Below, one piece after another: positions 48,661 through 61,600 of a stretch of DNA of 64,000 nucleotides (position 1 is its first letter; each line of letters starts with the position of its first letter). Below the pieces are notes generated by a model. That model did no database searches. It saw only the letters and a program-made list of their open reading frames with translations, and was not told the origin of the DNA. Position numbers and translations under genes: made by a program. Where the stretch lies: positions 558,001-622,000 of the forward strand of contig NIVC01000211.1 of assembly GCA_002269645.1 (NCBI GenBank), given 5' to 3'. This DNA is from Macrostomum lignano. Lineage: Eukaryota.

Positions 48661-49474
48661 AATAAATTAAATTTGAGCGCTTGGCAGGCGAAGATTTTGG
48701 TTTCGAAAAACCATTTTCGAGTGTCAGGCGCTAATTACTCGTATTGTGTCAGACTCGGCGCCATTTTGAGTGTCAGACGGGCGCCACTTTAAGTGTCAGG
48801 TGGGCGCCAATTTCGACCTCAAACTGAGACAAAACTTAACTTGCTAATCTCTATCAAGAGTGTTGAGTAGGCATTTCAATTTAGAGGCCGGCTGCATGAG
48901 AACAACAGAAAAGCAACTGTGGAGACGCGATCTGCCGTGTCAGATTCAGCAGCTTCAAGGTGGCCGAGATTAGTGAGTGACTCAAACAGAAATGTTTGCG
49001 CATGCCATCTCTCTCTCTCTCCTCGCTCCCTTTGAGCAGCTCAGGGCGTTACAAAAAGAAGACACACACACGAACACGAATGCAATACAAGCAGCAGGGA
49101 CCTCTCGCAAAAGGTAGGTATAAATATATGAAAACAGCCACAGCTCTCCAAGTTGTTCAACACAGCACAATGCAACCAGTACGGACTATGATAGCTTTAG
49201 AAAAGCATTCTTCTATTGTCAGGGGGGATAGGCTTTGATAATCTCTAAGGTGGGGTTCTCTTAAAGTTTATTTTTGTATAGCGAAATAACTTTGTTTTTA
49301 CAATCCTTCGGATTCGACTGAGATTGTTTGCACACGCCATGGATGCCTTGAGCCAAGAGTCTGGACTGGACTTCCAAATGAACATGCACTAAATAAATCT
49401 GAATATTAATATTTATGAATATTAAATATTGTTACAGACATTTCAACACTATGAGCAAATTTTGGGGAGCCTAG

Positions 49475-50280
49475 TGCTGGCGCCCCTTGGTGCTGGTGCC
49501 CCTTGGTACTGGCGCCCCTTGGTACTGGTGCCCCTTCGTGCTGGCGCCCCTTGGTACTGGCGCCCCTGGTGCTGGCGCCCCTTGGTGCTGGCGCCCCTGG
49601 TGCTGGCGCCCCTGGTGCTGGCGCCCCTGGTGCTGGCGCCCCTGGTGCTGGCGCCCCTTGGTGCTGGCGCCCCTGGTGCTGGCGCCCCTTGGTGCTGGCG
49701 CCCCTTGGTACTGGCGCCCCTGGTACTAAAGCCCCTTGGTGCTTAAGCCCCTTGGTGCTGGCGCCCCTGGTGCTGGTGCCCCTTGGTGTTGGCGCCCCTT
49801 GGTGCTGGCGCCCCTTGGTGCTGGCGCCCCTTGGTGCTGGCGCCCCTGGTACTAAAGCCCCTTGGTGCTTAAGCCCCTTGGTGCTTAAGCCCCTTGGTGC
49901 TGGCGCCCCTGGTGCTGGTGCCCCTTGGTGCTGGCGCCCCTTGGTGCTGGCGCCCCTTGGTGCTGGCGCCCCTTGGTGCTGGCGCCCCTTGGTGCTGGCG
50001 CCCCTTGGTGCTGGCGCCCCTTGGTGCTGGCGCCCCTTGGTGCTGGCGCCCCTTGGTGCTGGCGCCCCTTGGTGCTGGCGCCCCTTGGTGCTGGCGCCCC
50101 TTGGTGCTGGCGCCCCTTGGTGCTGGCGCCCCTTGGTGCTGGCGCCCCTTGGTACTGGCGCCCCTGGTACTAAAGCCCCTTGGTGCTAAAGCTCCTTGGT
50201 GCTGGCGCCCCTGGTGCTGGTGCCCCTTGGTGCTGGCGCCCCTTGGTGCTGGCGCCCCTTGGTGCTGGCGCCCCTGGTAC
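49475..50280. repeat. 15/16-bp GC-rich minisatellite
   Basis: Unit ggtgctggcgcccc(t)t. Confidence 0.95.
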
Positions 50281-51134
50281 AGCTTCCACACCCACATGTT
50301 ACAAACTTTATCCACTTGATTCGGTAAAAGTCAGCATTTCCTCTTTACCAAATAAAATCTGAATTTGAAAAAAAAAACAAATTGATAAATTTCACAATAC
50401 CGCTGACTCCAGAATTTCTATTTCAATACTCCCCGACAGGGGTCGCATAGAGAAGCGTGGAGTGGAGTAAAAAAGACGAACAGAGAAGAGAGAAGAATTA
50501 TGGTATAAACGCACACAAAAGGGTGGGACACACACACTAATGCACCGCGTTTTAGGAGGTCGGAGGGAACAGCCCTCAGACAGTGAGGCGCCAGAGGGTG
50601 GCAGGCAGGCAGACCAGAGTGCTATTGGTAGCTCAAAACTCCACTATGAAATTTTTTCTCTTGACAGACTGCATGGCCAAACGGTAAATTGAGCAGAAAT
50701 ATTCCAATCAAATGAGAACTATAAACAGTATCTGGGGGCGGGGGTGCAGTTTGACACGCCGATTTCACACCTTGCAGAACAGCTCTCACCTCACTGCATC
50801 ACCTTCTGGAGTCTGCCTGTCTGCCTGTCTGTAGGGACGAGTGCTAAGTTTTTAATTCCTCATAGCTAGGGGGCCGGCATCTGGCACCGTGACACACCTT
50901 AGCGTCTCAGTGTGTGACAGCTGCGGACACGAGCGCCACGGATCAGTCTTTGACGTGTCGGAATTAATCTTATAGGGGAAACAGATTTAATAATAACAAT
51001 ATGCTTGGCCTGTCTTTGAGTTTGACTGCTTGAGTAATGCAGGACAGTTTTAAAAATAAGAGTTGCAGAGGCGTTTGCCATTTGGCTGTCACTCTGCATC
51101 TGTCTTCTATTTATTCTTCATCTGGCTTTGCTGT

Positions 51135-51610
51135 CCACCATCCGCTCTCTACTTTCCGCCCCTCCACCATCCGCTCTCTACATTCCGCCCCTCCACCATC
51201 CGCTCTCTACTTTCCGCCCCTCCACCATCCGCTCTCTACTTTCCGCCCCTCCACCATCCGCTCTCTACTTTCCGCCCTTCCACCATCTGCTCTCTACTTT
51301 CCGACCCTCTACCATCCGCTCTCCAACAACCACTCTCTACTTTCCGCCCTTCCACCATCCGCTCTCTACTTTCCGCCCTTCCAACATCTGCTCTCTACTT
51401 TCCGCCCCTCTACCATCCGCTCTCCAACAACCACTCTCCACTATCCGCTATCCACCATCCGCTCTCTACTATCTGCTCTCTATACCATCCGCTTTCTACT
51501 ATCTGCTCCCTATACCATCCGCTCTCTACTATCTGCTCTCTACTATCCGCTCTCTATACCATCCGCTCTCTACTATCTGCTCTCTATACCATGCGCTCTC
51601 CACCATCCGC
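51135..51610. repeat. ~29-bp degenerate minisatellite
   Basis: Unit ccaccatccgctctctactttccgccc(c)t. Confidence 0.85.
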
Positions 51611-52239
51611 TGCTCATCAAGCGGTCCATCAATTTCTGACACAACGCCAACAGGATATCCCGCGAGCTCTCCACCTCAGCCAACAATCTTAGAATTAAAA
51701 TTGGAATTCTAAAACAAACATAAAAATAAAAATAACAGCCGGTTCACGGGTACCAGACTGTCTGCCACTCATGCCTCTCCTTCCCTCTCCATCAGGAGCC
51801 TCTTCAACAAGTTTTGATTTCCAATATCACCGTCAACCCTAACCTTTTCCTCAATCGCTGTTAAGAAAACAAAGGAACAATGCCCTGCATTGTTGAGAAG
51901 TTGAATTGACTCGACAGTAAAAAGAGCCGAGATAAAAAATAAGAATTGAAAAGCCACTTGACTAGGCTTGAGTGCAACAGTCTCTTTTCTACCCAATTGT
52001 TATCAATCCATTGTGCGCTGCTCTGACGATAATAAGTCTGAGTGTTTTCCCAAACCCAATGATGTCATTCATGACAAGTCAGTCAGTCAGGGAGTCGATC
52101 CTAGCCATAAAGTTACATCGTTAAGATAAATATTGGAATCACGGGAAAGGCAGCGGTGAAGAAGGTGAGAAAATAATTTAAATGTGCCAAAGGTCGATGA
52201 TTGAATGATGGTAGGATGACCTTTATCTGCCATCTGCCT

Positions 52240-52670
52240 ACTATCTAATCTACAATAAACTACCCACCATCTACCGTCAAATCTACCCCACTTATCTACC
52301 TCAAATTTACCCCTCTATCTACTCTCCAATCTACCCTACTTATCTACCTCAAATCCACCCTACTTATCTACCTCAAATCTACCCCTCTATCTACTCTCAA
52401 ATCTACCCTACCATCTACCTCAAATCTACCCTACTTATCTACCTCAAATCTACCCCTCTATCTACTCTCCAATCTACCCTACCATCTACCTCAAATCTAC
52501 CCCTATATCTACTCTCCAATCTACCCTACCATCTACCTCAAATCTACCCTACTTATCTACCTCAAATCTACCCCACTTATCTACCTCAAATCTACCCTAC
52601 TTATCTACCTCAAATTTACCGCTCCATCTACTCTCAAATCTACCCACTATAATCTACAGTACAGTCTACC
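52240..52670. repeat. ~24-bp degenerate minisatellite
   Basis: Unit atctaccctacttatctacctcaa. Confidence 0.85.
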
Positions 52671-53284
52671 CTCGACTCAACTGACAATACAATTGTGAGT
52701 TGTGAGACAGCAATGAGGTTACACATTGATTGACAAACAGGATATCAAAGAAGTAACTATAACTGACAGGCTGACAGACAGACCAATAGCCAGCTTGATC
52801 TAGCATTATAGGATCTGGACTGACACGCGCTTAGCTAAACGCATGGGACATCATCTAGCTGTTTATTGCTGCTCAATTTGCAGTCCCGGGAATTAGCTGG
52901 GGTGGGTGCTGCTGCTGCTTCGAGAGCTCAACTATTATAACAGCCTCCTCATACACGCTGACACACACACGAAAGCTTAAAAAAATTGCAACCATCACAG
53001 CTAACCGTGACAATGCCAATTAATTCCAATTGCAGTCCTGGGCCCTTCCACCACCCGCAGAGGAGAGCCTATATAGTTATAAATATAAGTTAGATGTGGG
53101 TAGGGGGTGTTAGCAGCAAGCCAGGAGCATTCCCTATAGCCTAGAATGCGACTGGGCTCTACCCCAGACAGCCTGGCGCCACGGACCCCCGCCCCAGCTC
53201 ACTCAATATTGCTCTCCACTCCACTGCTCTGCTCCACTCTGCTCTACCCTTTGTCAGGTGTGGATAGAGAGAAATATAAGCCGC

Positions 53285-53323
<39 letters not shown>

Positions 53324-54029
53324 GTGCCCCCCGCTTCTCTATTCTACACCCTTAAGTTCTTGAGTCGAGTGGATCAGTGCACACCAAACCAGCTACACTA
53401 CATACACCATTCAGGCGTCAATGTGTGCACACATCAGCAGTATTTTCCTAGCACTGTGTATATATTTGACATAAATAGAGAGAAGACATGACTCTACACA
53501 GCAGCAGCAGTCCGATGAGCTGTCTCTCGGCCCTGTAATAGTGAATGAGTAGCACAGAGGGGAGACACACGCAGAAGGGTGCTAGCGCGCGAGCGTATGT
53601 GCTCGCTCAAGTGAGGAGTTCAAGGCGTTTTCCTGCCAAAACTTTTATAACACCCACTGACGGTTTACCCTCTTTTTAACAATGCTCTCCAAGCACGTAT
53701 TCTTTTGACTGACGTGACTACCAGCACCTACACAGAGATTCTTTGCCAGCACTTCTACAATTAAACGAGAGCAGCCCTACGCAACATTTTTTATGCTGTT
53801 TTTTTTCAAACTGAAAATGAACCAAAAATTTAATTGACCATTTCTTTCTGTCAATTATGTAGGCAAAAGCGAGCTCTGAACTTGAGCTTTAACCCCCGCT
53901 GTGTTGGCTTAATTGAATTTCCTATTTGTCAACGAGATAATAGAGCGACTTGAAGATGATGCACACTCTGTGTCATCGGCAGTACTGCAGGGCATGCTAG
54001 CGCCATGTCACCTTTATAGTACGTATCCA

Positions 54030-54776
54030 GACAGACATCTAGAGACCCTGAGATCCTGACAGACATCTAGAGACCCTGAGATCCTGACAGCCATCTAGAA
54101 ACCCTACGACCCTGACAGCCATCTAGAGACCCTGAAAGTTATCTAGAGACCCTGACAGTCATCTAGAGACCCGGAAACTCATCTAGAGACCCGGACACTC
54201 ATCTAGAGACCCGGACACTCATCTAGAGACTCGGACACTCATCTAGAGACCCGGACACTCATCTAGAGACCCGGACACTCATCTAGAGACCCGGACAGTC
54301 ATCTAGAGACCCTGACAGTCATCTAGAGACCCGGACACTCATCTAGAGACCCGGACACTCATCTAGAGACACGGACACTCATCTAGAGACCCGGACACTC
54401 ATCTAGAGACCCGGACACTCATCTAGAGACCCGGACAGTCATCTAGAGACTTAGACACTCATCTAGAGACTCGAACACTCATCTAGAGACCCGGACAGTC
54501 ATCTAGAGACCCGGACACTCATCTAGAGACCCGGACACTCATCTAGAGACTCGGACACTCATCTAGAGACCCGGACACTCATCTAGAGACCCGGACACTC
54601 ATCTAGAGACCCGGACAGTCATCCAGAGACCCGGACACTCATCTAGAGACCCGGACACTCATCTAGAGACCCGGACACTCATCTAGAGACCCGGACACTC
54701 ATCTAGAGACCCGGACACTCATCTAGAGACCCGGACACTCATCTAGAGACCCGGACACTCATCTAGAGACCCGGAC
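54030..54776. repeat. 20-bp minisatellite
   Basis: Unit atctagagacccggacactc. Confidence 0.95.
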
Positions 54777-55189
54777 TAAGAATATGCATTCTAACTACAC
54801 TACTATAGAATCTTCTACTAAGTAGTGTAAGTAGTGTTTGAATGGAAAAATATAGAAAAATATAAAGAAACAATCGTTTGATTTAAGTTCAAGCAATTTT
54901 TTCACTACAGTATCAAGTTTTTATTAAGAAATTATAGACAAATAAAAGAATAAGAAAGCACAAAGTGAAGATAATTGTTGAAATTCAGTTTTTTGTTGGC
55001 CAAATAAATAAGGAAGCATAGAAACGCAGTCAGATCTACAAAGTATAAAAACAGATTACAAACAGTTCTTAAAGAAGATGAATAAAATTTAAAAATACAT
55101 TGCTCAATGAATTCTTCAAATTTTTCATTCTTGTACACAAACTGCAAGTTCGTAAAAGCGAAAATTTCTACGAGCTAATAATGTCTTGG

Positions 55190-55560
55190 ATTTCAGAAAT
55201 CTCTGAAATCTCCAAAAATCGCTCGAATCTATCAAATCTCCTAAATATTTTAAATCTCTCAAAATTCCGAAATCTCTCAAATCTCCGAAATCTCTGAAAT
55301 CTCCTAAATCTCTCAAATCTCCAAAATCTTTCAAGTCTCTCAAATTTCTGAAATCTCCTAAATCTCTGAAATCTTCAAAATCTTTAAAAATTTCCAAAAT
55401 CTCTTAAATCGCCAAAATTTCTAAAATATCCCAAAATCTCTCAAATCTCTCAGATCGCCAAAATCTCTTAATTTTTTTAATTTAAATAGCCACCAAAATC
55501 TCAAGTCTCCAAAATTGATCAATATAAAACCTCTAAAATCTCAAAAAATTCCACCAAATG
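55190..55560. repeat. Degenerate aaatctc(t/c) low-complexity repeat, downstream of the LAP stop codon
   Basis: Direct inspection. Confidence 0.75.
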
Positions 55561-55646
55561 GCCAAAATCTGTCAGATTTATCAAAGCTACAAACTTTTTA
55601 AATGTTCAAACGCTTCAAAAAGAGAATACACTAAAAAATGCCCCAG

Positions 55647-58600
55647 TCAGTCATTCACGCCTCTGCTAACCAACAGATTAACCGGATCAGCCAGCGACTG
55701 CAGCCATCGAGCGGTTTCCGAGTGGCTCAAGCTGCCGAGTCGCCGCCCGTTGGCCTCGACCAGCCGGTCGCCCGGACGCAGTCGGCCAAATGCCGGTCCA
55801 TCGGGCGACACTCGCGACACAGCGACCCCGCCGCCTGCTCCGCCACCAATCATACTACTATTAGCAATGCTGAATCCCAGGCCCCCTGTAGATTTCTGCT
55901 TCCAATTTTGACGACACAACGACACCCAAACCAGTTGGCGACCATTAAGAATAAATTTGGCCCTGTCCAGAGCGTCCATGTTGCTGCTGCTGCTGCTGCT
56001 GCTACTACTGTAACTGTAGCTGTGACGGACTCGACGAGGCAGCAGCGGAGGGGGCAGCGGAGGGGGCGGCGGAGGGGGCGGCGGAGGGTTGGCAGGCATT
56101 GGTAGGCCAGTTTTCCGATCGTACACGAGGCCGCTAGAAATTCCGCAGAAGTCTTCGCCTGTTTGACTAGCCGCAGATGCGACACTTCTTCGATGCTGTT
56201 GATGCAGATTCGTTGCGGTTAGCAACAGAGGTACGGCTTGATAAGCAGGGAATTGCGGCAGGCTTCTGTTACTAATAAACGGGCGAAAAGCGCTCCGGGG
56301 ACTTTCGCAGGCTATCGAGCCGTCAATATGGCCAATAGGATTTACTGCGGACGGCGACTGGGGCGCGCTCTGATTGGCTAAGAATAGCGGCACGCTTTGA
56401 TGTTTAGGCGAAGGCGGCACGCTTTGATGTTTGGGCGAAGGCGGCACGCTTTGATGTTTGGCTGTAGGCGGCATCCTTTGACGATTGGGAGAAGGCGGCA
56501 TCCTTTGATGATTGGGCGAAGGCGGCACGCTTTGATGATTGGGAGAAGGCGGCATCCTTTGATGATTGGGCGAAGGCGGCACGCTTTGATGATTGGGCGA
56601 AGGCGGCATCATTTGATGACTGGGCGAAGGCGGCACGCTTTGATGATTGGGAGAAGACGGCATCCTTTGATGATTGGGCGAAGGCGGCACGTTTTGGTGA
56701 TTGGGAGAAGGCGGCACGCTTTGATGATTGGGCGAAGGCGGCACGCTTTGATGATTGGGCAAAGGCGGCACGCTTTGATGATTGGGCAAAGGCGGCACAA
56801 TTTCATAAGTGGACGAACGCGGCGCGCTTTGATCTTTAATTAACGAATTTGGCACACTTTGATAAGCTGACAAAAGCGGCGGTGCAAAACCTGAGTCAAC
56901 GCTGTGTCTGACAATGGAACTATTCGATTCGTTTGATCGGATAGGGATTTCGTAAGCATCGCTTGGATCTGATTGAGCGCACGAACAGGAGACCTGGGGA
57001 TTTGCGATGGCCTCCTCTGAGGTGACACAGTTTGCGGCGGCGATATTGCAGTAAACTGACGGCTCGGCTGCTGACTCCGGAGCGGATGATTCCTGCAGGT
57101 TTCAGTGGTGGCACACTTCAGGGGCGATGATTATTAATCAGGGACACTTCATGGCCGGTTGCTCAGGAATACTTCAGGGACGATTTTTCAGAGATACTTC
57201 GTACTTCATAGGCGATTTTACTTCAGGGACACCTCAGAGGCAATTTCTCAGGGGCGATTATTCAGGGGCGATTTTTCAGGGGTGATTCTTTAGGTGCGAT
57301 TCTTTAGGGGTGATTTTTCAGGGGCGATTCTTCAGGGGCGATTCTTCAGGGGTGATTCTTTAGGTGCGATTCTTCAGGGGTGATTCTTCAGGGGCGATTC
57401 TTCAGGGGCGATTCTTCAGGGGTGATTCTTTAGGTGCGATTCTTCAGGGGTGATTCTTCAGGGGCGATTCTTCAGGGGTGATTCTTCAGGGGCGATTCTT
57501 CAGGGGTGATTCTTCAGGGGCGATTCTTCAGGTGTAATTCCTAGAAGAGATCCTTAAGACACAGTTCAGTACAGAATCTTCATGGGTCAGTTCAGGTTCG
57601 AAAACGATTTGAAATGACTCACCAGACTCTCCTTCTGCACAGAATCGTCATCCTGAAGATCGCCAGCTCTTCGCTGCTGCATCAACAGGCGCCGGCGAGG
57701 CCTTCGCTCCGGCAGATCCTTCGGCAAGGACTGGCCAGTGGACGGTTCCGATGCAGAGGCGAGGAAATGAACTACCGCCGCTCGACTTCTAGGCGGCGGC
57801 GTCGGAGGCTGGTGGGTCTTGTCGCTGCTATTCAGCATCAGCAGAGCTGCGGCTTTGCTAGCGACTTCGTCGTCTCGAATTTGAGTAGGCCGGTCTCCGG
57901 CCGACAGCTGAGGCAGCAGGTAGCAGGTGAGCACGCGGATTGGGCCGCAACGGCTGGCAATGTCCTCGGGCTGCAGGCGGGGCATTGGCTCCGACTGGTT
58001 GTCACTGAGCCAGAGTGCCTGACGAGTACAAATTAGTATATAATATCAAGCATTGTGTTCAGGGGAGACTCCAGGAAAAACACTTCGGGCAAAATATTTA
58101 GGGAAGAGTTTTCAGGGAAACCTCAGGGAAGAGTCTTCAGGGACACTTCAGGAGAGAGTCTTCAGGGACACTTCAGGAGAGAGTCTTCAGGGACACTTCA
58201 GGAGAGAGTCTTAGGGGACATTTCAGGGGCGACTCTTCAGGAGAATCGCTTCAGGGAAACACATCAGGAGAAATTTCAAGAGAGTCTTCAGGGAAACACT
58301 TCAGGGCCGGGGGACTCGTTAGGGAAACACTTCGGGGTAGAGTCTTCAGGAAAACACTTCAGGGGAGAGTCTTCAGGAAAACACTTCAGGGGAGAGTCTT
58401 CAGGAAAACACTTCAGGGGAGAGTCTTCAGGAAAACACTTCAGGGGAGAGTCGTTAGGAAAACACTTTAGGGGAGAGTCGTTAGGAAAACACTTCAGGGA
58501 GAGTCTTCAGAGAAACTTCAGGGAAGAGTCTTCAGGGACACTTCAGGAGAGTCATTAGGGACACTTCAGGGTAGAGTCTTCAGGGAAACTTCAGGAAAGA

Positions 58601-61600
58601 GTCTTCCGGGGAAACATTTCAGGAAAGTCTTCAGGGGCACTTCAGGGAAACACTTCAGGGTCAGGGTAGTCTTTAGGGATACTTCAGGGCAGAATTTTCA
58701 GGAGAATTACTTCCGGGGAGATTCTTGAGGAGCACTTCAAAGGAGACACTTCCGGCAAGACCGAACACCAACACCCAGATAGCTTTCAACCATAGAAACT
58801 TAGAAGCACACACAAACCGAGCTCACCCTCAGCTGAGGCAGCCTGAGCATAGAGATCGGCAGGCACCGCAGATGATTGCCACTCAAATTCAGCACCCTCA
58901 GCAAGGCCAAGCGGCCCAGCTCGTCCGGCACCAACTTCAACCGGTTATCCCTGGCTGACAGCACAGCCAAAGATCGACAAGTGCCAATTGCTTGAGGCAG
59001 TCGCTTCAATCGGTTGCTATCGCAATAAACCAGCTCAAGCTGATGCAGTCGACCCAAACCTGCCGGCAGTTCGTCTAATCTATTTTTAGCAACATGCAGT
59101 TCGCACAGACTGAAACAGCGGAAACTGCCACCTCCGGAGCTGTTGCAGTTAAACTGCAATCGCGTTATTCGATTGTCGCCAATTCTTAGACACCGCAGAC
59201 TGGCTGGCAAGCTCGAATCCGCAAGCTCTGCTATTCGATTCGAGCTGGCGTCCAGATCTGTGAGCTGCGGACAGCCGCCCAGCTGGTTGGGCAGGAAGTC
59301 CAACCTATTAGACGATATGTCCAGCTGCTGCAGACTGGGGAACAGGACGGACTGCCTGTTGCCATGGGGAAGCGCAGCGGATGACAGCGCCAGTCTGCCG
59401 AGGCGGTTGTGGTCGACGCAGAGGTCGGTCAGACAGGGTAACAGAGATACTGACTCGGGCTGCGGGGCAATGGTGAACTGAGCACTTCAGACTGAGCACT
59501 CATGATTTCTGATGACCTGATGAGTACTCTCATGATTTCTGATGATCTGATGAGTACTCTCATGATTTCTGATGACCTGATGAGTACTCTCATGACCAAT
59601 AATGAATGACCTGATGAGTACTCTCATGACCAATAATGAATGACCTGATAAGTACTCTCATGACCAATAATGAATGACCTGATGAGTACTCTCATGACCA
59701 ATAATGAATGACCTGATGAGTACTCTCATGACCAATAATGAATGACATGATGAGTACTCTCATGACCAATAATGAATGACCTGATGAGTACTCTCATGAC
59801 CAATAATGAATGACCTGATGAGTACTCTCATGACCAATAATGAATGACCTGATGAGTACTCTAATGACCAATAATGAATGACCTGATGAGTACTCTAATG
59901 ACCAATAATAAATGACCTGATAAGTACTCTCATGACCAATAATAAATGACCTGATAAGTACTCTCATGACTACTAATGACCCGATGGGTACTCTTGTGAC
60001 CAATAATGCCAGCAGAAAAATTCATCACATGCTACATATACATCGAGCACTAACCAAGCTCTCCAGCTGATTTTCGCCAACATCGAGCCTCTCCAATCGA
60101 TCCAAACGCCCAACAGACTCTGGCAGCAGTTTCAAACTGTTGTCACGAACTTCCAGAACGCACAGACTTGTTAAACTGAAAATATCAACGGTAAAGTCGC
60201 TTTGTTTAAAAAAAAATTATTAAAAATTTGAAAGTTCGATTAACAAATCAAGCACTGAAATCAAAGGATCTTCAAAAGTGTGTTGAAAACTTTACTGTAA
60301 CAAGAATCTCTAGAGTCTAGCCTAGTGGTTAGAGCGACTCACGACTGAAAGGTCGGGGGTTCGATTCCCAATCCCACTTGGAACAATTTGTGTCCTTGAG
60401 CAAGACACTTAACTCTGCATTGCTTCAGTTCACCCAGCTGTAAAATGGGTGCCAGCATTAGCTGGGGTAATTAAGGGTGGGTGTGGCGACCCCCCCCCCC
60501 CAGTCCTTGGACTGAACAGCCGTACGCAGCCTTCAGATGCGCCGCTCAATAGCTGCGGCTGAGCTGTCGGTTGCACATCTGGCCATCAGGTGCCATCAAT
60601 TATTATTATTACGAGCGTATTACCATTACAACGACTCAACGACTGCAATGCGATGGAGAGGCGACTGTTGAGTCACGAGCACATCACGAGTTGCCGGATT
60701 GTAAAAAGAGTAGCGAAAAAGTCCGTCCAATAGTCGTTGTGTTAGCGCTCAACTTTTAGTTGTAAAAAATAGACGCATTGGATGCGAGTTATTGGCGACT
60801 TGTACCGTTACATATCGTCGTTTTAGAGTCACATCTTTCCTATTTTGCAATAGTTTCAGTGAACGACACGAATGTCCATGTCAGAGAGCTACTAAAAGCA
60901 TACCGTAATGTGCTACTTAAAGTAATACTCTAAGAAAAGCCTATAGATAGTGACTCAGAACCCTACGTGGGATAAACGTTTGTTTGATCAAGGAACCGGA
61001 TTTCAGCAGCTGTGTTTGCTTAACACCATATATGGTAATGGCGCTTACCGGATTTAGTTCATGATAGTTGGCGTTAATAAGTTGATTGATTAAGTTTATG
61101 AGAGCCGTTTATTGTCGCGAACATTTGAGAGAAAGGCTTATTTTGTTTCCTAGGATACATTCCTAGAGGATCTACTGATTGATTTGAGTTATCCGTTACG
61201 TTTCGGACGTAACGAAGAAGACGCCCTTCAGGAGGACCGATTACAGAAACTCATAGAATTCAATTGTTCATTAGGGCCCACGTTCTATTGTTAATTCCGA
61301 GTTAGTTACAAGAGGACTAAGAGATATTTGATTTTGCATATACCTGACGCACTTGTTCCTCAGTGTCTAGATGTGAGAGTTTTCGAGTGACTGATCACCA
61401 CTCTTAAACTCTTCCCTCCCATAGTACTCAGTCAGCAAGTTGTCTGTTTCACCCCTTGTAGTCTCATTATTTAAAGCATTTAACAAAGACAATAAAAATA
61501 AAACACAATAAGAATTCTGCAAAAACAACTCACTTGCCAATACAGTGCGGCAGTTTAACAATGGAGCACTGGTTTAATAGCAGATGCTTCAGATTGACCA

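Noticed and set aside
51769-52080. Possible reverse-transcriptase fragment or orphan exon (acceptor-like ttcttaacAG)
   Set aside because: No recognisable RT motif, only short open frames, and no partner exon found.
59490-60002. Tandem hammerhead ribozymes (each unit contains CTGATGA)
   Set aside because: No GAAA follows a stem II; the unit has GAAT and no stem I or III pairing.
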